Positions 55,709 through 64,000 of a DNA stretch of 64,000 nucleotides are shown here, piece by piece. The position numbers and the translations under genes were made by a program. Each line of letters starts with the position of its first letter. Positions within the stretch are counted from its first letter, which is position 1. Origin of the DNA: an uncultured Chloroflexia bacterium (GTDB lineage: Bacteria; Chloroflexota; Limnocylindria; Limnocylindrales; CSP1-4); NCBI GenBank assembly GCA_963707215.1, contig CAVPPB010000001.1, positions 32,001-96,000 of the forward strand, given 5' to 3'. The notes beneath the pieces are model-generated. The model did no database searches. It was given only the letters and a program-made list of their open reading frames with translations, and was not told the origin of the DNA.

Positions 55709-56602
55709 ATGGAGCTCGAGTACAAGGACGAGAGTCGACGCGGTCGGTTCATCGTCGTCATCGGCCTGATCCTCGCCGTCATCGCCGGCGGGGCGGCCTT
55801 CTACCTCGTCAGCCAGGCCCAGCAGCAGGCCTCGGCGACGGCGGTCACGACCCCCGCCGTCGTGGCCATCCGGGCGATCCCGGCCCGCAAGCCGATCGAG
55901 GCCGCCGACGTCGTCGTTCGCGACGTCCCGATCGACCCGACGAACGCGTCGGGGATCGTGGCCGACCCCAACCTGGTCGTGGGCCGCCTCCCGGTCGTCA
56001 CGATCCTCGAGGGCCAGCTCGTCACGACGAACCTGCTGGCGTCCTCCGACGAGGGCGGCCAGTTCTCGATCCTGGGCCCGGAGGAAGCCATCGCCGTCGA
56101 CTCGATCGCCTGGCGCGCGGTGTCGATCACGGCGCCCGACGAGCGGGCCGTCGGCGGCCTGCTGGAGCCCGGCCAGACCGTCGACGTCTTCGTGACGGCC
56201 ACGGTCAACGTCGCGGAGGACCTCATCGAGGAGGGCAAGTTCTACACCGACAAGTCCACCAAGGTGACGTACCAGGACATGCTCATCCTGGCCAAGTCGG
56301 GCCAGTTCTACGTCCTGAAGGCCCCGCTCGACATCGCGGAGGAGATCTCGCACCTCCAGGCCAGCGGCACGGCGGCCTTCAGCCTGGTCCTCCGACCCGA
56401 CGTGGATACTCGCCAGATCGACGTCGCCGAGTACGGCAACACGACGAACCGGATCATCACCAAGTACGGGCTGCCGGTCCCGGAGACGTACCCGGCCGGC
56501 AACGGTCCCGTCCGGACGCCGCCGCCCCTCGCCTCACCTACCCCGTTCCCGTCTCCCATTCCGACGGTCGAGCCGTCGGTCGCCCCTTCGCCGGTCCCGT
56601 AG
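55709..56602 (+). CDS. cpaB: Flp pilus assembly protein CpaB/RcpC
   Basis: GGAGG RBS, N-terminal TM, SAF-like VVAIRAIPARKPI, RAVSI and VGGLLEPGQTVDVFV, LVLRP. Confidence 0.85.
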   Translation: MELEYKDESRRGRFIVVIGLILAVIAGGAAFYLVSQAQQQASATAVTTPAVVAIRAIPARKPIEAADVVVRDVPIDPTNASGIVADPNLVVGRLPVVTILEGQLVTTNLLASSDEGGQFSILGPEEAIAVDSIAWRAVSITAPDERAVGGLLEPGQTVDVFVTATVNVAEDLIEEGKFYTDKSTKVTYQDMLILAKSGQFYVLKAPLDIAEEISHLQASGTAAFSLVLRPDVDTRQIDVAEYGNTTNRIITKYGLPVPETYPAGNGPVRTPPPLASPTPFPSPIPTVEPSVAPSPVP

Positions 56603-56734
56603 GCGCACGGTCGCGGCCGGGCGGCCCCCACCGGCCCGATCCGCGGGCCTCCCGGGTCGCCCGGGATCTCCTGCGCCGCTGACCCGGCGCGCCTCCCGTG
56701 GCCGCTCGGTCCCTTCCGGGGCCGAGCGGCCCGT

Positions 56735-57380
56735 TCATGTCCGGTCGTCGGGCCGCCGGGCGAGCGCCTGCTCGAGCGCCTCGTGGACCCGCAGCCGGGC
56801 CGCCTCGGCATCGCCACCCGTGTCGATCACCCGGGTCGCGGCCGGCTCGAGCCGGGCCGCCAGGTCGCCCTGGGCCCGGATCCGCCGCTCGGCGTCATCG
56901 GCGGGCATCCCCCTGGTCAGGAGGCGATCCCGCTGCTCCCCTGGCGGACAGGTCACCAGCCAGACCTCGTCGCACTGCTCGGCCAGGCCGCCCTCGACGA
57001 GCTTGATCGCCTCGACCACGACGACCGCCGCGCCGGCCTCGTCAGCTCCTCGGAGGGCGTCGAGGATCACCGGACGGACCGCCGGGTGGACGATCGCTTC
57101 GAGGCGGGCCAGCGAGCCCGGGTCCTCGAAGACCCGGGCGGCCAGCGCCGCCCGGTCGAGAGCGCCGTCAGCGGCGACCACCGCCGTGCCGAAGGTCTCG
57201 ACCACGGCCCGGAACGCCGGGCGCGCCCGGTTCCACGACCTCGCGGGCGATCCGATCGGCGTCGACCACGACCACACCGCGCTCGGCGAGCCAACCCGCG
57301 ACCGTAGACTTGCCGCAGCCGATCGGCCCGGTGAGCCCGATGCGGAGTGCTCGGCGCGCGGTCCCGGCTTGGGCGATCAC
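56735..57380 (-). CDS. coaE: Dephospho-CoA kinase (frameshift near 57225)
   Basis: [14 protein letters not shown] and [13 protein letters not shown], then [16 protein letters not shown] and RRIRAQ. Confidence 0.93.
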
Positions 57381-59497
57381 GGCGCCTGGTCCTCGAGCTC
57401 GAGCCACGCCTCCTCGGCCGCCTCGAGGGCGACGTCGACGTCCGCAAGCTCGCTGGTGACCCGGCGGAGCTCGACGAAGTTGGCCTGGACGACGGGGTCG
57501 CCGAGGGCCAGCTCGAGGTGGTTCTTGCGAAGGCCGAGCCGGGTCAACTCGGCCTCGACGGCCGCCGAGCGTCGCCGGTAGGCATCCTTCGAGAGCTTCG
57601 GCCGCCGGGACCGGGAGCTGGGTCGGGCCGGCGCCCCTGTCGCGGCCGCGCCCGGCACGCTGGACCGGGCGCCCGACGATGGTCGCCTGGTCGCCGGCGG
57701 CGGCGCTGGGGCCCGATCGGCCCGGCCCGGACGCTGGGATGGCCGGAGACGCGCGGCCTCACGCTCGACCGCCACGGCCGGCGTCCACCCGTCGGCCACC
57801 GCTGCCCGCCACTCCCGATAGGTGCCGTCGAACGGCACGACGAGCTCGTCGGCAACCACCCAGAGGCGCTCGCAGACCGTGTCGAGGAGCCGCCGGTCAT
57901 GGCTGACCAGGAGGACGGTCGCGGGGACTTCGCGAAGGAACGTCTCGATGGCCTCCCGGGCCGGGATGTCGAGATGGTTCGTCGGCTCGTCGAGGAGCAG
58001 GAGGTTGGCCGGCAGGATCCCGAGCAGGGCCATCTCGAGGCGGGAGCGTTCCCCGCCGGACAGCGAGCGGACCTCCTTGAAGGCTTCGTCGCCGCGGAAC
58101 AGGAAGCGGGCCAGGTAGGCGCGGGCCTCTCCCGGAGTGATCGGGAGGGCGTCCAGGATCGCCTCGAGCACGGTGGCTCCGGGGATCGCGGCGCCGCGAA
58201 GCTGAGCCAGGTAGCCGAGCTGTACCTGGTGGCCGAAGACGAGGCTGCCGTCGAGCGGCGGCAGCTCCCCGGCGATGGTTCGCAGGAGCGTCGTCTTGCC
58301 GGCGCCGTTGGGACCTACGATGCCGATCCGTTCGCCCCGGGCCGCGGCGATGAACGGGGCCCTGGCGATGGCGGTCGGCCCGGTCCGCAGTGGTGCCCCC
58401 TCGCCGGCGCCGGTCACGGCCGCGTCGCCGGCCAGGGCTGCGTCATCGCCGACCTCGACCGTCCGGGGCGCCTCCCGGCCGGGCAGGTAGCCGACGACGA
58501 GGTCCTCCAAGCGGACGACCATCTCGCCCGAACGGACCGGAGCGCCGCCGGCCAGCGCCTGACTCGGCAGGGCCAGCCTGCGCCCGCGACGCGGGGCCTC
58601 GCGGCGCTCGCCCTCGAGCCGCTCGAGGCGGGCCTCGTGCTCATGCATCTTCGAGTACTTGCGGTGGCTCCGATAGCGCTGGACGAGCTCGCGCTCGCGC
58701 TCGATCGCGGCAGCCTGGGTCCCGGCCTCCTTCGCCGCCCGCGCGTCGCGCTCGTCGCGCTGTCGGCGGAAGGCCGAGTAGTCGCCGCGGAAGACGGTCA
58801 GCCGGCGGTCGCGAAGCTCCCAGATCCGGGTCGCCGTGGCGTCGAGGAAGGCCCGGTCATGGGAGGCGACCAGCAGCGAGCCGCTCCGCCGACGGAGATG
58901 CTCCTCGAGCCACTCGAGCGCGGCCAGGTCGAGGTGGTTCGTCGGCTCGTCGAGGAGGAGCAGGTCCGGGTCGGCGACGACCAGGCGGGCGAGGGCCGCC
59001 CTGGTCTGCTGGCCGCCCGAGAGGGTCGTCGGGGGTCGCTCCCACGTGGAACGAGGGAAGCCAAGGCCCGAGAGCGTGGCGTCGACGCGGACGTCGAGAG
59101 CGTAGCCGCCGAGGGCGTCGAAGCGGCCCCGGAGCTCCGCGTACGTCGCCTCGCCGGCCTGGCCGGACCGCTCCAGGTCGGCGAGCTCCAGCTCGAGCCG
59201 CTCGAGATCCGCCGCCCCATGCCGGACCGCTTGGCGCAGCGTCCCGGCTGCCATGAACCGCTCGTCGAGGTGGGCCTCCTGGGCCAACAGGCCAAGGGTG
59301 AGGCCACGCTTGCGGCCCACCGAGCCCCGGTCCGGCTCCTCGATGCCGACCGCGATGCGGAGCAGGGTCGTCTTGCCTGCCCCGTTCGGCCCGACGAGGC
59401 CGATCCGGTCGCCGAGCGCGATCGCGGCATCGATCCCGTCGAGGATGACGAAGTCGCCGATCTCACGGACGACGCCCTCGAGCCGGAGGAGCGACAT
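57377..59497 (-). CDS. ABC-F family ATPase (Uup/YheS-like) with C-terminal coiled coil
   Basis: Two NBDs (GPNGAGKTT twice, [20 protein letters not shown] twice), GDYS interdomain linker, no TM segments, and C-terminal [12 protein letters not shown]. Confidence 0.93.
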   Translation of the reverse strand: MSLLRLEGVVREIGDFVILDGIDAAIALGDRIGLVGPNGAGKTTLLRIAVGIEEPDRGSVGRKRGLTLGLLAQEAHLDERFMAAGTLRQAVRHGAADLERLELELADLERSGQAGEATYAELRGRFDALGGYALDVRVDATLSGLGFPRSTWERPPTTLSGGQQTRAALARLVVADPDLLLLDEPTNHLDLAALEWLEEHLRRRSGSLLVASHDRAFLDATATRIWELRDRRLTVFRGDYSAFRRQRDERDARAAKEAGTQAAAIERERELVQRYRSHRKYSKMHEHEARLERLEGERREAPRRGRRLALPSQALAGGAPVRSGEMVVRLEDLVVGYLPGREAPRTVEVGDDAALAGDAAVTGAGEGAPLRTGPTAIARAPFIAAARGERIGIVGPNGAGKTTLLRTIAGELPPLDGSLVFGHQVQLGYLAQLRGAAIPGATVLEAILDALPITPGEARAYLARFLFRGDEAFKEVRSLSGGERSRLEMALLGILPANLLLLDEPTNHLDIPAREAIETFLREVPATVLLVSHDRRLLDTVCERLWVVADELVVPFDGTYREWRAAVADGWTPAVAVEREAARLRPSQRPGRADRAPAPPPATRRPSSGARSSVPGAAATGAPARPSSRSRRPKLSKDAYRRRSAAVEAELTRLGLRKNHLELALGDPVVQANFVELRRVTSELADVDVALEAAEEAWLELEDQAP

Positions 59498-60576
59498 CAG
59501 GCACCCCCCTGGGTCGAACGGCGGGCCTCGACCGGGGCCGTTCCCGCTCTCGCGGCGGCCCGGCGCGCGGCCGCCGCTCGTCGGGTCGCCGCCGCTCGCT
59601 CGGCCCCGACCGTACCGAGCGCCCCGGACCCGTCGAGCTCGACCCAGCGGCGTCCCCGGCGCCCGGGAGGCCGGCCGGGTCGGGGCGTCATCCCGGCCAG
59701 GATCGTCGCGGCGCCGACCCGCTCCACAGCCGGCAGCCGCTGGCACCACGAGCAGAAATGGGTCGCCCGACCGCCGACGACGATCCGCCGGATCGGCCGG
59801 CCGCATCGCTCGCAGGGCTGTCCCGTCCGCTGGTAGACGAGGAGCCGCTCCTGCATCTCCCCGTCGCCATCGGGCGCCGTGTAGTCGTCGATCGAGGAGC
59901 CGCGCCGTTCGACCGCCTCGGTCAGGATCCGCAGGAGCTCCACATAGAGCCGCCGTTCGTCGGCCGGCCGGAGCGACCGGGCGGAGCGGAGCGGATGGAG
60001 GCGACTCGCCCAGAGCGCCTCGTCGGCGTAGATGTTGCCCACCCCGGCCAGGAACGCCTGGTCGGTGATGAGCGGCTTGAGCCGGGTCCGCCGCCCCCGG
60101 ATCCGCCGCCGGAAGGCCCGCAGGTCGAAGCCGGGCTCGAGCGGCTCGGGCCCCAGGCCGGCGAAGGGGTCGTCGTCGGACGCATCGCGGGCATCCCCGG
60201 TCGCCTCGTCACGCCGGTACAGGCCGATCCGGCCGAACTTGCGGATGTCCCGGAAGCGGACCTCGCGCCCGTCGGCGAGCACCAGCGTCACCCGGACGTG
60301 CGGGTCGCCGGGGGCCGACGACGGCACCACGAAGAGCTGGCCGGTCATCTTGAGGTGGATGGTGAGCAGGGCGCCGCCGGAGAGCTCGGCGACGATGAGC
60401 TTGGCCCGGCGTCCGACCGCCTCGACGCGGCGGCCCCGGACCCCGGCGGCGAAGGCGTCCGGGTCGCCGCCGCGGATCGTCCGCGGCCAGGCCACCCGGG
60501 CATCGGCGATCGTCGCCCCGAGGACATGCCGGCGGAGGTCGCCGGCGACCGTCTCGACCTCGGGCAGCTCAGGCAT
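59497..60576 (-). CDS. mutM: Formamidopyrimidine-DNA glycosylase
   Basis: MPELPEVET, HLKMTG, DIRKFG, AGVGNIYADE and CERCG...FCSWCQ zinc finger, with a basic C-terminal extension. Confidence 0.96.
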   Translation of the reverse strand: MPELPEVETVAGDLRRHVLGATIADARVAWPRTIRGGDPDAFAAGVRGRRVEAVGRRAKLIVAELSGGALLTIHLKMTGQLFVVPSSAPGDPHVRVTLVLADGREVRFRDIRKFGRIGLYRRDEATGDARDASDDDPFAGLGPEPLEPGFDLRAFRRRIRGRRTRLKPLITDQAFLAGVGNIYADEALWASRLHPLRSARSLRPADERRLYVELLRILTEAVERRGSSIDDYTAPDGDGEMQERLLVYQRTGQPCERCGRPIRRIVVGGRATHFCSWCQRLPAVERVGAATILAGMTPRPGRPPGRRGRRWVELDGSGALGTVGAERAAATRRAAAARRAAARAGTAPVEARRSTQGGA

Positions 60577-60588
60577 CGCTCGCGGCGG

Positions 60589-63488
60589 TCAGACGCCGAC
60601 GCCGCCGGGCGCCTCATCGGCCTCGACACGCACCGCGTCGGCCCGGGTCAGCGGCGTCATCGACTCCCAGTCGGGTCCCACCTTGACGTCGACGGTCAGC
60701 GGCACGTCGAGCGGGACGGCGCCCTCCATCGTCTCGCGGACCGCCGCCGCCAGGCGCTCGACCTCGGCCTCGGGCACCTCGAACAGGAGCTCGTCGTGGA
60801 CCTGCAGGAGCATCCGGGCAGGTGACCCGTCCGCCCGGAGCCGGTCGGCGACCCGGATCATCGCGATCTTCATGACGTCGGCCGCCGTGCCCTGGATGGG
60901 CATGTTGATGGCCATCCGCTCCCCTGCCCCGCGCAGGGCGGGATTGCGCGCCGTCAGCTCGGGGATGGAGCGACGGCGCCCCAGCAGGGTGGTGACGTGG
61001 CCCTGCTGCTTGGCCGTCTCCTTGATGTGGAGCATGTAGTAGCTGATGCCGGAGTAGGTCGAGAAGTACGAGTTGATGAAGTCCTGGGCCTCCTGGCGGC
61101 TGATGCCGGCCCGGGTCGAGAGTCCGAAGTCGCTCATCCCGTAGGCGATCCCGAAGTTGACCATCTTCGCCATCGAGCGCTCGTCGGCGGTCACCTCGGC
61201 CGGGTCCTTGTGGAGGACGCGTGCGGCGGTCTCGCGGTGGATGTCGGCCTCTCGGGCGAAGGCCTCGCGAAGGTGCTCGTCGCCGGAGACGTGGGCGAGG
61301 ATCCGCAGCTCGATCTGGGAGTAGTCGGCGGCCAGCAGCACGAGGCCACTCCCCCCGGCCACGAAGGCGCGACGGATCCGCCGTCCCAGAGGGGTCCGGA
61401 TCGGGATGTTCTGGAGGTTCGGATCGGACGACGAGAGCCGGCCCGTGGCGGCGACGGCCTGGTGGAACGTCGTGTGCAGGCGACCGTCGTCGGCGATGAG
61501 CTCGGGCAGCGCCTCCACGTAGGTCGAGCGCAGCTTCGTGTAGACCCGCCACTCCAGCAGCCGCTCGACCATCGGGTGGGCGGCCCGGAGCTCCTCGAGG
61601 ACGGTCGCGTCGGTCGAGAAGCCGGTCTTGGTCCGCTTGCCCTTGGGCAGGTCGAGCTCGTAGAAGAGGACCTGCTCGAGCTGCTTCGGGCTGCCGAGGT
61701 TGAACTCGTGGCCGACGGCGTCGTAGATCTCGCGCTCCAGCCGGTCGATCTCGGTGCCGAACTCGCGATCGAGCGCCGCCAGCGCCTCGAGGTCGAGGGC
61801 GACGCCGGTGGCCTCCATCCGGGCGAGGACCGGGATGAGCGGCAGCTCGACCTCGGCGAAGAGCCGGTCGAGCGCGTCGGCCGCCAGGGCCTCGGCCAGG
61901 ACCGGACGGACCGCGAGCACGGCCAGGGCCTCGATCCCGGCCCGCAGGCCCGGGGAGAGGTCGGCTGGCGGCGGCAGCATCACGTCGAGCCGCTCCGCCA
62001 CGACGTCGGCGATCGCCTGGCTGCGCAAGGCCGCGTTGAGGAGGTAGGCCGCGACCTGGGTGTCGAAGGCGACCGACAGCGGCGACCCGGCCGGATCGTC
62101 GGCATAGCCGGCGGTCAGCAGCGGCTTGACCTCGTGGCCGACGAGGCCCGGACGCGCCGTGTCGAGGGCCCGTCGGGCCGCGGACACCGCCTCGGGACCC
62201 TCGGCGACGACCACCCGTCCATCGTGGCCCGCCATGGCAAGGGCGAGCGGCTCGCCCTTGCGCGGTCGCGGGTCGGAGCCGACGAAGGCCACGCCGACGT
62301 CGGGCTGCGCCCGCAGCCACGACGTCAGGTCGTCGATCGCCTCCGGAGCGAGGCGCTCGATCCGGGCCGGGTCGACGAGGGCCGCCCGAAGGGCGCCGAC
62401 CGGGTCGCCGGGGACCACCTCGAGGGGCGACCGCGCCGGAACCACCCTCCGCTCCGGTCCCGACCGGGCCGACCGCGTCGAAGTCGAGGCTCAGCTGGAG
62501 GCCGGCGCCCTGGGCGAGGAGCGAGGGACGTCCGGCCGCCGGGCGCCCGGGCGGCCCGGGTCGCCCCGCTGGCATCCCGGAGCGCCGCGGCCGTGTCCTC
62601 CGGCCGCTCGCCCTCGACCGGCGGGAGCCGCTCGATGAGGGTCCGGAACTCGTACTCGCGGAACAGGCGGATCACGGCCTCGCGGTCGTAGCGCCCGATG
62701 CGGGCCGCCTCGAGGTCGAGCTCGACGGGGACGTCGTGGACGAGGCGCATGAGCTCACGGCTCTCGAGGACCCGCTCCCGGGCCTCCCCCAGCTTCGGGC
62801 GCAGCTTCTCGGGGACGACCTCGTCGAGGTGCTCGTAGAGCGCATCGAGCGTGGCCCAGGTCCGGATCAAGGTCGAGGCGGTCTTCTCGCCTACCCCCGC
62901 GACCCCCGGGATGTTGTCGGTCGAGTCGCCCTTCAGGGCCTTGTAGTCGACCATCTGGTCCGGGCGGAGGCCGTAGCGTTCGTCGATCCGGGCGAGGTCG
63001 TAGACGACCGTGTTGGCCACCCCGCCCCGGAGCGAGACCACGAGCCGGGTCCGCTCGCTGACGAGCTGGAGCATGTCCAGGTCGCCGGTGACGACGGTCG
63101 TCGCCAGGTCGCGCGCCTCGGCCTGGTCCACCAGGCTGGCGATGACGTCGTCGGCCTCGTAGCCCTCGGCCTCGTAGACCGGGATCGCGAGCGCGGCCAC
63201 GACCTCGCGGACCTTGGGGAACTGGTCGCGCAGGTCGTCGGGCATCCGCTGGCGGGTCGCCTTGTACTCCGCGTACCGCTCGTGCCGGAAGGTCGGCTTG
63301 CCGAGGTCGAAGGCGATGGCGATGTGGCTCGGGGCGACGTCCTGGATGGCCCGCAGGACGATGTTCGTGAACCCGAAGACGGCGTTGACGAGCTCGCCCT
63401 TCGACGTCGTCAGGGGCGTGTCGATCAGGGCGTAGTAGCCGCGGTAGATGAGCCCGTTGCCGTCGAGCAGCATCAGGCGGTCGGTCAC
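60589..63488 (-). CDS. polA: DNA polymerase I (frameshifts at about 62440-62530)
   Basis: 5'-exonuclease motifs LLDGNGL, YKATR, GYEADD and GDSTDNIPGV. Polymerase motifs TGRLSSSDPNLQNIP, ADYSQIELR, KMVNFGIAYG and LQVHDEL. Confidence 0.96.
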
Positions 63489-63557
63489 GGGATCCTCGGC
63501 GGGCGGATGCTGACGCCGCCAGTGTACCCGCGGGTGCCGGCCCCACCGGGTCCGGGG

Positions 63558-64000
63558 TCAGCGGAAGGCCGTTGCCAGGCCCGCGAGCAGCGGACGTCGA
63601 CCGGCCCGTCGACGGCCGGCCAGGATCGCCCGCAGCAGCGGTGCCGCGTCGGGGGGCGCCAGGCTCGCGGTCCGCCCGCTCCGCTCGGCCAGGAACCGCT
63701 GGGTGCCCGAGGCCGTCCGCGGCGGGATCACGACGGTGAGGCTGACCCCCGGAGCGTCACTGGCTAGGACCTCGCGGCGAGCTTCGCACCAGGTCCAGAG
63801 CGCCCCCTGTGGCGCCGAGATATCGCCGAGGCCGGCGAGCCCCAGGCGACCGTTCTGGCCGACGAGCACTCCGATCCGGCCACTCCCCCGCTCCGTCATG
63901 CGCCGGGCCACCTCGTCGACTAGGGCGGCCGGTGCGAGGTAGTCGGTCGTCGCCATGGTGACCCGGTCCCCGTCGGTGGAGATCGCGGCGTGGACGAGGA
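63558..64000 (-). CDS. Hypothetical protein, 3' part only (frame open to the window edge)
   Basis: The reading frame continues upstream of ATG 63956 without a stop (LVHAAISTDGDRVTM). No family recognised. Confidence 0.5.
   Translation of the reverse strand, partial: LVHAAISTDGDRVTMATTDYLAPAALVDEVARRMTERGSGRIGVLVGQNGRLGLAGLGDISAPQGALWTWCEARREVLASDAPGVSLTVVIPPRTASGTQRFLAERSGRTASLAPPDAAPLLRAILAGRRRAGRRPLLAGLATAFR

Overview
Very GC-rich (about 70% or more by eye, not computed) core-chromosome window. Gene content and order suggest Chloroflexota, probably a Limnocylindria-like lineage (inference): ileS2-lspA-rluD, rpsF-ssb-rpsR, lemA-htpX, secD-secF-recJ-pyrF-tatAC, rapZ-yvcK-whiA-tpiA-gpmA-secG, uvrC/uvrA/uvrB and polA-mutM-ABCF-coaE. 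It holds about 50 CDS, mostly on the minus strand, and 8 tRNA genes with encoded CCA. I found no CRISPR array, rRNA, transposase or integrase. About 11 otherwise intact genes carry single-base frameshifts (uvrB has many), most likely uncorrected long-read indels. Most notable observations: (1) Gram-positive-type LexA/SOS boxes over the uvrA and uvrB promoters, with the uvrB box in the region shared with a divergent Tad minor-pilin operon (tadE, tadG-like, cpaB) embedded in a DNA-repair cluster; (2) pervasive leaderless architecture, with a -10 hexamer 6-7 nt before the start codon in at least 11 genes; (3) an unassigned multi-helix candidate RNA between secG and a family-5 substrate-binding protein gene; (4) a secreted SnoaL/NTF2 plus phosphotriesterase-like fusion next to tRNA-Cys; (5) a Tad tip pilin with two inserted Ig-like repeats. 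All calls come from motif recognition only; no database searches were run.
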